This document shows, one piece after another, positions 10,661-24,580 of a DNA stretch of 64,000 nucleotides. A model generated the notes under the pieces. It saw nothing but the letters and a program-made list of their open reading frames with translations, ran no database searches and was not told where the DNA came from. The translations under genes were made by a program, and so were the position numbers. Positions within the stretch are counted from its first letter, which is position 1; every line of letters starts with the position of its first letter. Origin of the DNA: Microbotryum violaceum (taxonomy: Eukaryota); NCBI GenBank assembly GCA_001244265.2, contig CDLV01000007.1, forward strand, positions 1,426,001-1,490,000, given 5' to 3'.

Positions 10661-12771
10661 TTACAGCCCAGGAGGAGGAGGTACAGCACCGTACATGCCC
10701 GAGCCGCCCCTCGGCGGCTCTGCTGGCGGAGGTGGGGGTGGAGGAGGAGCGGAGGGTGGGGCCGGAGCAGCGATGGGTTGGGTGTAGGCCGATGCCTGCG
10801 AAACAAAGCCGAAGTCAGCGCCATGTTCTGGACGAGTGATGGGTGGGTCAGAGCCCGGTATACCCACATAGTACTGCATGAAGTATGCCTGACTCGGCCC
10901 GTCCAGCGAGTTCCAGTAAGCACGCCATTGCTCGTCCGTCGCGGTGCCACCAGCGGGTTGAGGGGGTGGCTCGCTCGTCGGCAAGGGGGGAGCTTCTCCC
11001 GGCGGTGGTGGAGGTGCTTCACCTGGCGGTAATGGGGCAGTGACACCTGGGGCGTATGATTGCTAATAACGCGTTGAGATTGCATGCGAATGCAGGTGAG
11101 TTGAGGCGTGTCCTAGGATGCACAGGTCGGACTGGGGGCTCACCTGATACCCTTGCTGAGGATAACTGCCTTGCCCAGGCCCTTGCTGCTGGTAACCTCC
11201 CCCGTAGCTCTGCTGCTGCGCGTACAATTGCTGTTGTTGCTGTTGATACTGCTGCTGCTGCTGAAATTGCTGTTCCAGCGCTGCTCGTGCTTTGGCGTGC
11301 TCCTCTTTCACGACGATGAGTAGATCTCGCGCCATTTCGGCAGCTTCATCGACCATCGGTTGGTCGGGTCCTCTGTTTAATTTAAGGGTCCAAGAGCTCG
11401 TCAGCCAAAGCCTCTTCATCGGGATAAATGGTGTGGTAGCTTACGTTACGTGGACATGCATCGTCTCCTCCGCCTCGCGCCCGGTATCGGTTTCGATGAA
11501 ACCTGAACCCATGCCTTTGATCTGCACACGCGTCTGAGTCTCGTGCTGGATGTACTTGACGAATAGTCCCTGAGAGAGCGCATGCAGATGGGAAGGTACA
11601 AGGTCCCAAGCATCAGCGACTGTTTCGACCCGGACGCTACAGCGCGACGACTCACTCCTGGTCCGACAACTTTGGCGCGGACGTTGAAGTTGCGCATTGG
11701 CTCGAGTTCGATAGGGATTTTTTCCTCCGGCCATTTTCTCTGCAGAAGATGGGATGAATAGCATCAGTTCGTCTGTTTCGCCCTCTGATCAAAGGCCTTT
11801 CGGAGGCGGCATACTTACCCTCTCTCGCGGCTGCTCCCTCTCAGCGGCGCGCTCGAATCGTCGCGTATCAATCAGCGGTCCCAACTCGGTGTCCATGAGT
11901 GCTTGAACGGCGGCAATACCCTTCTCAAGCTTCTCGGCCGTGTCCTGGGAAAGTCGTGGACCGAAAATGGGAGCGTCAGTCTGGGCCGAAAGACGACCTG
12001 TGAGAGGGCGGCAGGGGAGGGGGCAGAACGCACAGCAGTGATATGAAGATATAAAGCGGGGTCTTTGTCGGAAGCCATCGACTTGTCGGGGAACCAACTG
12101 CCTCTTGTGACGACGCTGGCTCCAGTTTCCTCGAGGATCTACACGTGCCCAGGATCGCGGCGACAGCGGGTCAGTGATGATCAAGGAGGACCAACGACTC
12201 GCACCGTACCAGCGTCGGTAAACTGTAAGCGTTTGAGAGGCTACATACCTGTTGTTGTGTTGGCTCCTTTGTGAGTAGATACCGATTCCGCAAGTCGTTG
12301 ATCTCGATGTCCTTCACAAATCTGGGGTGTGATGTCGAAGCAGCGCGATACGGAGACGTGTGCCAATCAGCATCACGAGATCAGCATCATCAACATGCGA
12401 GCCCCGAAAGGAACCAGTGCGATCGGAATGTAAAGAATGGTACGCCACTCACTCTGGATCGGGTTGAGCCGGTGCTGGAGCGGGCTTGCCTCCATACTGT
12501 GCCGCCAGTCGAGCAGCGACCTCGGCTGTGGAAGAAGAGGGACGGGACAATGAGAACGTTCATCCTCTAGCAGCACACAACAAAGAGGAATCGACGTACC
12601 TGCGGCATCGATCGCAGCCTTGGGATCCTCGACCGCGTTGACGGCTGGCTCGGGTGCAGCGCTCGCTGACGATGTCGAACGCTCGACGTCGTTCTCGGGC
12701 TCGGTCTTGGGCTGCTTGAGAGCTGCGTCTTCGGTTGCTCCGGCATCGTCCCACTTGCGCTTGGAAGACAT
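10661..12771 (-). CDS. KH-domain RNA-binding protein, KHDC4/BLOM7-like (multi-exon)
   Basis: MSSKRKWD start; FVKDIEINDLRNRYLLTKGATQQ; NFNVRAKVVGPG|GLFVKYIQHETQTRVQIKGMGSGFIE (KH GxxG loop). Q/P-rich C-terminus ending PPPPGL*. Confidence 0.85.
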
Positions 12772-13172
12772 GGCGTTGTCGATTGGTCGCGCGGGGGGCA
12801 GGGCGGGAGGGGGTGAGTCGGAAAGCAACGCGGAGCAAACGCGCACGGCACCGTGCGACCCCCAGCGGCACACCCAATCACCCAAAACTAACTAGTAGTC
12901 CCAGTAGCCTCCAATAACATCCAATCGGGGCGCAAACTTTTGAGGCGATTCGGGGCGATCTCTGGGTTGACCAGGGCGATCGTCGAGGCCCCTGATGTAA
13001 GGTATGCGCCTCTGATGTGCATAAAATACAATCTGTCGTTCTTGACCACTAGACTAAAAGCAAGTCGTAACTAGAACTCGGCAGTTCTAGCTTCTCAGAG
13101 GCTACTTATAGGGCTGTTCTGTAAGGCATCCCCTTACACCCTCCCCTTTTTGCCCCGCCTTCGCAGGCGCCA

Positions 13173-14548
13173 GTGCTCGCACGAGCCGCCCAAAGAGCGG
13201 TGCGAAACGACGCAGCCCCGGCCTCCAATGTGATCCGAGTCATTATGGATGGTCCTGGATCACCCAGAGGTCCTGTACAGATCGCGCTGCGCAAGCACTT
13301 TGGATTGGCCGAGACGCCGTTCATGTTCGCGCGGCCCGAGGGCGTCGTGCTTGACCCCGAGGTTGAGAAGGTTTTCTCGAAATGCGTGAAGCTGAACCCG
13401 ATTGTGACAAAAGCCACGAAGAGGTTCCCGATCGCTCGTCACATGTACGAGCTTGTATTCGAATCCGACCAAGCCTGTCTCGAAGCCGCTGCAGCGGGCC
13501 CATTCTCTCACCACGGCAAGGAGATGGTTACCGAGCTCCCCAGCGCCTCTCCCCTTAACCACGTCGTTCAGGTGCGATTCACGTTGCCCTCCTCCTCCAG
13601 CGCCACCCCCGCTTCCGTGCTCCGAAAATCTCTCGATGATGCTCTCACCCTTTCGTTCGGCCGCGCAGGTCGTACGCAAGGTTACACCCTGATGCAATTA
13701 CAGCGGGGCCTCGCGGCCGATCCGAATGGAGATCCGATGGCCATGACCGAAGACGGGTTCCACTGCGCGTACCTTCGCTTACATGCTGATCTTTTCCAAG
13801 GCTCTACCGAGACGCAGAAGGCTGCGCTCAACGCCGCCTTGCCACAAGAGATCGAGATCCTGGGCGCCAAGTACGGCTTGCGACACGAATTCGAGACGCA
13901 CTACTGCGCCGTGTGCGATCGCGCCGGACACCAGTGGGGCGCTTGCAGGAAGCCGGTTTCGACTCCGGCCACCGCCGCCCCGCCCCTGTTCCGGGGGCCT
14001 CGACTTCGACTTCGACGACCGGCTTCCGAGTTGCTGGAAAGAATGGGAAGCACGGTGGGCCTGCCGCATTGAACTCTCGTGCCTCTGGCACGAACATGAT
14101 CCAGCTGGGACCTCGTGCTAACCCCGCAGGTGCAGCGACCGGCAACAAGGACGATGCGAACGACGGCGACGGTGACGACGACGACGACGACGACGGCGAA
14201 TCGGTCGCTTCGACCGAACCGGAGGGCGGCGACACTGGGAAAGAGAGGTTGACCCGTGCGACCACGGGCCCAACAAAGGAGACGCAGACGACGACAGCGG
14301 CGCCCGTTTCGACCCCGACCTCTCCTTCGCCTTCTACTTCTGCTCCGGCATCGCCTTTGTTCTCTGGCACGTCGGAATCATCGGCAACCTCGACGAACTC
14401 GATAGCCTCGACGAGTCCTCGACGCCTTCGTTCGAGCTCGGCACCCGGCAACCGACGTGTCACCCGAGCGGGATCCGCCATGATCCTCGGTGCATCAGGG
14501 GGTGACGGCTCAGGGGGCAACGGTTCAGGGGTCACAGGTCCGAGATGA
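13173..14548 (+). pseudogene. LINE family 2 ORF1 (gag-like), frameshifted
   Basis: CAVCDRAGHQWGAC zinc knuckle followed, after a frameshift near 13980-14000, by a low-complexity acidic/Ser-Thr tail. Directly precedes ORF2. Confidence 0.75.
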
Positions 14549-14584
14549 CCGAATTCGAGGGGGCGGCGCTGATCCAATTTATTC

Positions 14585-17500
14585 ATGATTGAGTCTCTCA
14601 CCGTGTTGACGTTCAACGTCCGATCGATCAAGAACGCAGTCAATCAAGTCAAAATTATCCGTTATCTCAAAACCCTTCGGCCGGCCCCTGCGGCCATCCT
14701 CCTGAAAGAGCACCACCTCGGCTACAACGCGTCGCGCGAAGGCTTCGAGAGTGCTTGGCCAGGGGCTTGTATTCGTTTCACTCCTCATGTCCTTACCCTC
14801 ATACCCGATGGCTCACCTTTGGCGGGCCATCTCCTTTCCTCTACCCGGTCGTCTTTGCAGGAGCTCCTCGTTTCGACGATCGGATTCTGCGCTCGGTGTT
14901 TCGTCTTGAGGAGCTCGATGTTGAGATCATCAACATGTACGCGCCGGTACAGGAGGACGATCGTCGCGACTTTTTCGGGCTCCTGCATTTCAACGCCCCG
15001 AGACCCAAGACTCTTCGGATCTTGGCCGGCGATCTCAATGATTGTCCGGATGTATCGGTCGACCGAGTGTCCATCACCGATCGCGCTTGGACTCCTGTAT
15101 CGCACTGGCAGACCTTGCTGTCAAAGATCGCGTTCAAGGCACTCGACACGGTCCGACATGTCCATTCTTGCGCCCCCGCATTCACTCGTCCTCACTACCG
15201 TGGTAGAGGGGAGGAGCGAAAGATTTGCTCGTGGTCGCGGATCGACTATATTCTTGTCCAATGCAGTTGGGCAAACCGGTTGTCGAGCGCTTCTACGCTC
15301 TTCGACGCGCCCTGTTCGGACCACAGACCTGTAGTTGCGACTTTCGCATTGCCTACGTCGAACGCTGATGCCGAAACCCCCCTTTCTCTTCCCTCTACGA
15401 GCGATTTCATTTCGAGGCTCAACCCAACGGTTTTTGACGATCAAGACTTTGTCGCATCGATTCCCGGGGTCGTCGACGAGGTCTATCGAAGGCTCGAGGG
15501 GACCGCTCCGCTCGGCGACGTCTATGACGCCGCTCTGCGGGCGGTTGCAGTCGCTGGCCATGCACGATACCGCTCGACTCGTGCCGACATGCGCCGACTG
15601 CGGGCCGAGAGCCAATCCGTCATGGAGGCTTTGGAGGCACGCGGTGAGCACATGAATGAGGCCGAGCGCGATGCGTATGCTTTTGCCAAGTCGCGGTTGG
15701 ACCAGTTGGCGGTAAAGGAGGCTCAGTGGCTGCGCATTCGTGCGCATGTGCCGTCAGTCGACTCGAGGGAAGGTCAATCGGCAAGCATTCGCACGCGTCT
15801 CAACCGCCGGAGTCTCCAGACGAGCATCGTCTCGCTGGAGGATGTGGATGGCACCGAGACCGTTGACATGCAGAAGACGCTGGGTATTGCTTCACGGCAC
15901 GCGCAGTCGCTCTTCACGCCGGACCCAGCTCGTGGCGACCCGACGAACGCACGTCGGTCCCTGCTCGACCCTATTCGCGCGGCGAAATGCTACGATGACG
16001 ACCGCTCGGACCCTACGTTCGGTCGTCGGCTGCCTCGTCAAGCGAGAGTGGCGCTTGACGAGCCCTTCACCCTCCTCGAGGTTGAATCGGCGTTGAAGAA
16101 GACGGATTCGGGGCGATCACCGGGGCCCTCGGGCGTTCCGTACGAGCTCTTCAAGGCGCTGCCAACCTACTTTGCTCCCAAGTTATTGGATTTGTTCAAC
16201 TCGATTTGGGAGGGGGGTAAAATGACGGCGTCCTTGGCAGAGGGGCTGGTGCGGCTTTTGCCCAAGAACAAACCGGGGGCCAATCTGAAATCACTGGGGG
16301 CATATCGACCGATCACACTGCGCGAGACAACCTACAAGGTCCTCAGCAAGGTCTTGGTGGCGCGACTCAATGGGGTGCTCGGCGAGCTTTTGCCGCCGGC
16401 GCAACACGGGTTCATGCCATCAAGACGTTCAGCAGACGCGGGAAGTCATCTAACTCTCCTTCTCGAAAAACTCAAGTCGCTAGACACTGAAGTTTTCCCC
16501 GAGGGCGCCCTCTTGTCTTTGGATCAGCGGAGCGCGTACGATCGGGTCGATCACGCATGGATCTTCGAGGTCTTTGAGGCCTTTGGGTTCGGTGAGCGTT
16601 TCATCTCGCTGCTGCGTGCTCTCTACGATCCCGAGACTCTGGGGGTGCGCTACCTTGTCAATGGGTTCCCCACGGACTTGGTGCGGTTGCTGTGTGGTCT
16701 CGGTAAGGGGATCCCCTCTCGTGCCCGGTTTGGAACATCACGTTCCAGCCTTTCCTCGACGCCCTCGTTCGGCGCGGGATCGCGCTCGACCTGCAGAAGG
16801 TGTGGCCAGGGGGGCCGCGTGCGCAGTTTACGCATCTGGCGTTTGCCGACGATGCTGTGGTGGTGGTGGAGTCACCGGCGGCATTGTCGAAGCTGGAAAC
16901 GCTGTCGCAGACGTGGTACGAGGCAACCAACGGGAAGGCCAACACGGACAAGACGCTGGTGCTACCCCTCGGACCGAACTGGCTTCGGGACGAGACTGCG
17001 CAGGCGCTGCCAACGGTGCAGGAGGGGGAGAGCTTCAAGTGGTGCGGCTATGCCTTCTTTCGCCACGGTGACTCGAAACTGTTTTGGACCCATGTTCTTG
17101 ACAGGATCAAGGCCAAGACCCGCGCCGCTGGAGACCGGACACTTTCGCCGAGTGGGAAGGTCTTCAATGCCAACGCTCACATCATCTCGACGGTCCTCCA
17201 CGTGCTGTCCTTCGACATACCGCCTCAATGGTTCATTAAGGCGGCGGAGACAGCACTTACGGATTTTGTCTGGGGAGGAGCAGGGCGAAATACCGTCGCT
17301 CGCGATTTCGTGTTCCAGGCTCGGGAGGACGGTGGCTTGGGCTTGATTTTGATCGGCGACATCGTTCATTCGGTGGCGCTTCGATTTTGGGATGCTGTGG
17401 CGGGCTCGAACGAGGCGATCTGGGCGCCCCTAGCTCGCGAGAGCTGGAGGTCCCTCGTCGCTGCGACCCGCGATTTCAGTCCGTGAGGGTTCTTCAGCAG

Positions 17501-18582
17501 CACGGCTCGGGTCGAAAAGCTGTATCGCGACTCGACGCGCTGGGGGCAGTCGTTGCAGCGGCCAGGGTCACAGTTCCAACCATCAAGTCCGAACTCCTTA
17601 CGCTCCCCGAATTGCTCTCGCTTCCGCCTCGCCTCCCTTCACTCTATGCTGAAGGTGCCAAGCACGCATATGACGATGCGGACGCAGTGGCGAAGTTTGC
17701 GCAGATCGCGGACCTGTACTGGAGGGACGAAGGGAAGGGCTGGGCTCTGGTTGGTCATCGACGCGGGTTCTGGCAGCACTCTAAGGAACCCGCCCTACAG
17801 CACGAGCACGTGTGGTCGCGCGTGGGTCAGTTGCTCAAGGCGAAAGCCTTGCTGCCCAAGACCGCGTTGCGACCTGCTCGGATACCTCTCAAGGAGGCTC
17901 CCCGTCCTCGGTGCTTCAACTTCTTTGGGCTCACCCGACCTTTTACGATTCGCAAGCTTCGTCGGCTTGTGAACGTGGTTCGGTTCCCAGGGAGGGAGGA
18001 TCGTGTCAAGCGTTTCCGTGATGGGACTTCTCAGAGCGATAGGAAGCGCTTCTGGAGATGGCTTCATAATCGGTTCGCGTCTGCTGTGGAGCAGGACACC
18101 CACTGGCGGCTCATGTACGACGTGACGCCGACGCGCAAGAGGCAGCATACTCAGGGTCATGCCTCTTCGCCGACGTGTCTGTTCTGCGGCAACGATGCAG
18201 CGGTCATCGAGACGGTCTCGCACTACTTTTTCGAGTGCGCGTACTCGACCAGCTTCTGGGGTGGGGTGCTTCGCATTCTGTTCGACAAGCTGGGCATCGA
18301 GGATACCGACGTCGATCCGTCGACGTTCACTCCGGAGCAGCTGACTATGGGGCTCCCCTTTTGCGGGGTCGTGGGAGAACGACCTCGAGATGGATGTGGG
18401 TTCGGCTGGCCTGCGCGATCGGCTTCCAGCGGCTGCACCTGCTCCGCTGGCGCGTTCATCAGCGGTTCGAGCTGGACAAGGTCGTGGCCCCTCCCTCGCT
18501 CCCCAGTGCACTCAGAGCGTTCGAGCGAGATTTTCTCTCTCGAGCGGGTTTTGTGCCTGGGGCTCGAGATTGGGAGGTGTGA
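14585..18582 (+). pseudogene. LINE family 2 ORF2 (APE-RT-zinc finger), several frameshifts
   Basis: LTFNVRS, NMYAP, AGDLN, RIDY, SDH (APE); SPGPSG, YRPITL, QHGF, LDQRSAYDRV, LAFADD (RT); CLFC...HYFFEC. Spread over several frames. Confidence 0.93.
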
Positions 18583-19549
18583 TGACCGAGTTAAGTCCTT
18601 CCTTCCCATTTTCCTCCCCTCCTTTCCTCCCTTCTTTTTCGAAGGTCGACTCCTCTTTTAGAAGCTGACTGTCTTGAAACTTGTTGCGCAGTGGAAGGCT
18701 GCGCACCTCCCTCTCTCTCTCTTTACTTTGGGCAGTAGCGGTTTTTTGTTCTTGGATGGATCGGCAAGCCAGGTCGATTGTCTTTGCGTTGGAGGCTTTG
18801 TGAAGTTTTTCCCTCTCCTTTCCCCCCTTTTTCCCTTCCCTTCCTCTTCTCGTTCCTGTTGCTCGGTTGTTGACTACGCTTCAGCCACTTCTCCTTTTAC
18901 TCCTAAGCCGTGTGTTGGATTCCGTTGAATGGTTCGTTCGTTCGCGTTGGTCAAGATCTACGGCATGGCTCGGGAAGGAAGGTCGCTCGTTTCTGGTCAA
19001 TATGCTCGCGTCAACGCGAGGCTCGTTTCGTTGTACTGGAGCGCTTTTCTCTCGGCCCCGACGGCTCAACAGCCAGCACTCGAGATTCAGCCAAGGGAGG
19101 ACATCAGGCGTTGTCGGGGTGACGAGTAGCTGGGGCTTGGCTGCGGCCTGTTAGTCCCTGGGGACCTCTACCTCCGGCTTCGACCCCTCCCTTGGCCCCT
19201 CGGGTGTGTTCCCCTCCTCTCTGTCTTAGTATTCCTGGTTCTCCGTATCCCCAGTCGTAACTTTCTGTATACTCTCCCCCTTCTTTCTTTAGGCGCTCTT
19301 GCCTGGTTTCGAGTATCTTCGCTCCCGCTCTTGGGACGTGAAGCGGCAGCAGTACTCACCGCCCGTTGGAGTCCGCGTTAGGTGCTCGGCGGGCTTTGAT
19401 CTGCGCAGCGCTCTTTGCGCGCAGGGGTTTGACTTTCACCCAACTGCTTGCCGTCGTTGCTTTATAACCTCCTTTAGCTCTTTTTGTAGCGGTCCCAGCC
19501 AACCCGAAGGATAGCAATTTATGAGCCCCAGTCAAAAAAAAAAAAAAAA

Positions 19550-21980
19550 GGGCTCGGCCAAGGGGACCCGGCGTCGTCGTCGGTCTGGGACATCGTGTTT
19601 CAGCCGTTTCTGGATGCTCTACACCGTCGAAACATCGCGCTGAATCTCTCCATACCTGCACTTCATCCGTACCCACAGAGCCGCGCCATTACATCGCTTG
19701 CTTTTGCCGATGACGTTGTCGTCGCCGTCGCGGGCTTGGGTCACTCAACTTGCTCGATGACCTGGCGCTCGACTGGAGGCATGCAACGAATGGCCGGCTC
19801 AACACGGACAAGACGGTCGTCCTACCGATCGGACGCCGCTGGGACCCGGGGCAACGCCCGCTCGTCGTCAAGGCCGCAGGCGAGTCGCTCGAGTGGATCG
19901 GCCTCCCTTCGACCCGAGCGGCGACACCGAACTCGCCTACGCGAATCTCATCGAACGCCTCGAGGCGACGCTGGAAGGGGTTCAGCATCGCTGGCTCACA
20001 CACCACACCCGTGCCTTTTACGTCAATCGGTACGCCATCCCCAAGATCCTGCACTTCCTTGCAGCCGACATCCCGCCGCCCGAAGTCGTCAAGAAGCTCG
20101 ATGACATGCTCGTCGATTTCGTCCGTGGGGGCAAGGGCAGGACCAGCTACGGCAGAGATATCGTGTTCACAGCCAAGCTCAAGGGGGACTCGGGTGATCA
20201 GGATGCAGGACGTGGTGGACGCGGTTGCGGCACGGATCTGGGACGTTCTTCTCGGCGGTTCGGGCGCGATCTGGCAAGGACTTGCGCGCGCGGCACTCCA
20301 GCGAGCTCAGTCCGACCTCGACCTGGCCACCGATCTCTGGCCACATCCATCCACTCCCATCCCCAGCGACCTCCATCCCCGATGGCGAGCAGCATTGGGG
20401 GTTCCGAAACAGCAAGACGCGCAGGTCAACCCGAGGACCTTGACCACCGCGAACCTGCTCGCGCTTCCCACCTTGCTCGGCAGCCTCCACACCCCCATCA
20501 GAGGGAGACAGACCATCGACGCGGTTCATATACCTGACTACCTTCGTCTCCAGGGCTACCCGAAGGTGGCGGATCTCTACCGGCGCGAGTTGTATGCGGG
20601 TGGGGGTTTCACCTTTGGACGCCGCCGGCGGATGTGCTCGGCGACAACAGCGAGTACGATCGACGCGGGCTCCCGCAGCGACTGGCAATCGCGGCCTGGT
20701 ACCGGTTCACTGTCGATCGACACAAGAACACGCCCTTGGCGGTGGCGGTGGCGGCAGGACGGCTCAACGTGCCTCCCCGGATCGGCACCAGCGCACCGCA
20801 GCCGGACGACCTCAGGAGCTTTTGGAAGGCGGTCAACTCGAAGGCACTCACGGCGAGGGAAAGGGAAGTTTGGTTCAACCTGATTCTCCGCTTCACCCCG
20901 ACGCGCAAGCTGCAACACCAACAGAATCACGACACTTCTCCCGCGTGCCTCGTCTGCGAAGCGCCGGTGGACGACACCGACCACTACTTTTTCGGCTGCG
21001 TTGACTCGCGGAACGTCTGGGTCGCGGCAAGGGGCGGGCTCTGCGACGCACTCGGGTGCGACACGATCGAGGTCGCCCAGTACACGACACTGCAACGGCT
21101 CTTTGGCCTCCCCAAGCTCAAGGTCAAGCTCAGCGAACAGGAAGGGGCGGGCAGGACGATCGAGATCTTCACGGGAATGGTTTTGGAAATGATCAGCAGT
21201 GGGAGATGGAGGATGCAGAAGCACGGGACGAGGATGGAAAGCGTGGAGAGGAGGAGAGTGGTACTGGAGGAGAGGATGAAGTTGAGAGCGGGAGGAGCAA
21301 GGGGCGGGCGAGGGCAGTAGAGGCTGGGTTCGATTTCCCCCCACCATCCCACACACACCCACCAAATCACACTTCCTCTTTCAAAACTGTATACTAAATA
21401 TCTTGCTTTCATCTTTCATCTATTACAGGTCTGCCTTCGTTCCTCATGGACCGGCTCGCGATTTGGGATTGACTCGACGGTGGCTCGCGCTCTTTGGCTT
21501 CGGGGTTCTGAGTCAAGGGAGGGATCAGCAGACACAGGCAGAAAGTCGGCTTTGAGGGGCCAGGGACTGCTGAGGTGGAGGTTTTGAGGGGCCTCCACCG
21601 CGTCTTGTTGTGACCGAGCATAGACTTGGGACTTCGCGGGTCAGGGTAGCTGCGCAGTCGCTCTCTTGTCTTTGTCTCGACCGAGTTGGGACGTGACGGC
21701 GGGGTGGGTCTCTTGTCGTTAGTCAATTATTTTATTACTCTTTCTCTTTCTCTCTCTCTTCTCTTCTCTCTCTCATCTTCTCTCTCTCATTCGTCTCCTG
21801 GGGGGAGCAACCGCTTGGCTCGGGCACTTGAATCCCAAGTATCGGATTGGTGGACACCGGCCCGTTTCTCGCATCTTGCGGGCGGTTTGTGTTATCATCG
21901 TCGACTTCCATCTAGTTTTTCCGTAGGCCAATCAGGGGGAAAAGGAACTGGGGGCAATATGATGACTGTTTTCTACAAAA
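19550..21980 (+). mobile_element. Non-LTR retrotransposon family 3, 5'-truncated (RT C-terminal half), related to family 2
   Basis: Starts at GLGQGDP; FQPFLDAL, LAFADD, ATNGRLNTDKT, CLVC...HYFFGC; stop at 21320. The 3' boundary is uncertain (short A run near 21977). Confidence 0.85.
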
Positions 21981-22069
21981 AATATATTACACCTGACCGA
22001 TCGGATAATTCACCCGAAGCCGAGAGCCCATACCATTGCTTGTGGTGGACTTTTATGACGCTGCAACAT

Positions 22070-22300
22070 TAATATACACCAATACGGAGCCATATCGAGG
22101 AAGAGAGAAAGCAACATAGTGCATTACAAGCGCCATGTAGAGCCCATCATTAATCCCCTTGTTTTGAACCCAAAGTTGTTCAAAACACTACTACACGAGT
22201 TAAGGGCTTGTTACGACTTTGTGTGCTTGGGTAAACAACTCCTTGTACTGTGGAGATATCTCGAGTACAGTTTCGCTGCACCACGTACAGCAAGGAGCTC
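22070..22300 (-). pseudogene. Possible highly degenerate Ty1/copia RT relic
   Basis: AT-richer segment whose broken frames give LLAVRGAAKL, VLNNFGFK, NDGLY, weakly like copia RT (LLA.AA, L...GF....D.CLY). Confidence 0.25.
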
Positions 22301-23467
22301 AAGAGGTAGTGAGAAACATCATGATGTTCCCCAGCCGTAGTTCAAGTGGACATGGGGTCTTTCACCCCGGTCTTACTCGACTGTCGCTTCTCACCTAGCA
22401 CTTCAAGGTTCAATCTTCATGCGTTGCTAGTTGATGGGAGAAACGCCATTGAATAACATCGAGTTCATCATTTCCCTAACTAGAGTACCTGCCAGCCAGT
22501 GCGACACCCCACCTCACGGGGTAAGAAGCCAAAGCCTCCAAAGTCTTCCCAGCACGTTCGCACGATGCTCGAGACCAGTCGGAATAGTCAGCCCATCCTC
22601 ACCCGCTGGGTCAACTCGGATTCGAAGTATATTTATGGAGCCGTGAGTTGAGCACAAGGAACTTCTGGCCCCTCATGCACCTCTTGCACGCCACTCGACG
22701 ATACTTCCCGACATTCCGCGGAGATCAACCGTCGACCCACGCTGCCGAGGGCTGGCTTCGAACAGTCGAGGGAAATCTCGTCGAGGAAGAAGGAAGCTCA
22801 AAATAGGTGGGATCGCTATGAGCCATCACCTCTGTACCCTGTTGACAGACCGCACTCATTCGGCCAACCCAACGAATACGCGCAGTCAACCCGTTGGCAC
22901 GGGGGCAGAGTGCGACGACTTCCGCCGACTTCGAACCAATCGCACCGAGTGCGAGCAATCACTCGAGCCCAACTTGATCGGAGAGGAGATGATATTCTCC
23001 TCGAACTCGACCAACAGCGTCTCGCCTTGGATGGGCTGGGCTGACCGAGTTTCGGCGCCGATCACACTATGGCCACCTGTGGGGTTCCCGGTGAACGAGT
23101 GTCAGCCCATCGGCCTTTCAACGTCTCCTTTCCAGTGCTCAGTACCCCTAACCCGCATCTAACACTAGCATTTCTTCTTGCGTGTTTTGTGCACTTTCTT
23201 GATAAGCGGGCCTTTTGGGGTCACCGACTAGCCCCGTTGTTTTATGTTGCGTATGACGCTTTGCTCGAGGAGCACCCATTCTCGTTTCACTATATTCCAA
23301 AGTCACACTGACTGTCTTAGCATGCGGCAGGGAGTGATTTATTCGCATATCAAACAGAGATTTACATTGCCACAAGAGGTTTGGCAAATTACATTTGTCA
23401 ATCGTTATGGGTAACCGCGAAGTCTTGTGGACGTAGCGTGCCTCGGTCCTGTTCTCGATGGGCAGGC

Positions 23468-24580
23468 CTATGGCTCATGCAGCGTCGCCATCTTCTTGTA
23501 GGGTCCGTACCTAGCCTCCTTCCTGGTATTGAACGTCTTTTCCGGCGCCTTACGTTGACGCTCCGTTACAGGTGTCGGCGGCAGTCCAAGAGAGCGCGAC
23601 TTGACCTCGTCGGTTGGTTTCACACTGGTGGTAGCGCGAAGGGCGTCGAGGAACGACGAGGTCGGGCGGGAATAGGATGGAGGCGTAATGGGATTGGTTG
23701 ACTCAACCTCGTCGTCTGATGTAGGACCGGAGGGGAAGAGCAGCCGAGGCGACGGGTCGGGGAAAGGCGAATCTTCGGGATCTTCTGGCGCAAGCAGGGC
23801 GTCGAGGGGCACGTCGTACGTGACCCGTTTTCCTCGGCTGAAGGTCGACCAAGATAGAGAAAGGTGTCAGTCTCAGAACGAGTGCCAGCAAGGAAGGAGC
23901 CGGATTGTGTAAACTCACAAGACGTAAGTGATCTTGTCTGGCTTGTGGTTCTCGCGCTGAGCGGTCGGAGCAGCCGTCTCGCCTTCCCGCGCGATGAAAG
24001 GGTTCGACGGCGAGTCCCATCCTCGCCCCATCGTTCTTGCTCCCAACCCTTGCTTGTTGGCTTGTCCAACGTCGAGCTTGATCTTGTCCTGTTGCAGCCG
24101 TTTTCGTCGGGCTTGGTGGGTTGGGGAGGCGTGAGGATGGTCCGGGCGAGCCTCGATGCGAGCCTGTTTCTCCTGTTCTTCCTGAATTGCGCGTCGAGAT
24201 GGGACCAGGAAAGGATTGCAGTCGACCAGCATGCGGTTCGACGAGCTTCGTTTCGGCTGCGGTCGTGCGATAGGCCCGGACGCCTCCACATCGTCGTCGT
24301 CGTCACCCCCTTCCTCGAGGTCAGTGTCGTTCAGTTCCTCGTCGGACAGATACACGACCACCGGCGCAAGAGGACCCTGAGACATTGTTTCATCGGGCGG
24401 CGATGGCAACGAGATGACACTGTTGGTGCGCTTGAGTAAGGGTGCCGGCGCGAGCGACGAGCCAGATTGTGACTGATCGACCAGTCGACCGTCGCGTGAC
24501 GAACCGCCTTGTCGCACGTCTGGATACGCGTAGTCGTATATTGTTGGGTACGTTGTCATTGTGCCGTGACTGTAGTCCAT
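23468..24580 (-). CDS. Hypothetical protein (2 exons, largely disordered)
   Basis: Long open frames joined by a GT-AG intron (~23843-23920), giving ...WDSPSNPFI...KPDKITYV|FRGKRVTYDVP...PRLLFP. Start codon uncertain. Confidence 0.65.

Larger units (their letters stand above)
13116..19549 (+). mobile_element. Non-LTR retrotransposon family 2 (L1/Tx1-like), near full length, frameshifted
   Basis: ORF1 with CCHC knuckle, then ORF2 with APE endonuclease, RT and zinc finger, ~1 kb 3' UTR and A16 tail (19534-19549). Candidate TSD GGGCT at 13111-13115 and 19550-19554. Confidence 0.93.

Noticed and set aside
21325..21345. GGTTCGATTTCCC resembling a tRNA T-loop/B box
   Set aside because: It has an extra base, no cloverleaf or A box, and lies in a LINE 3' UTR.
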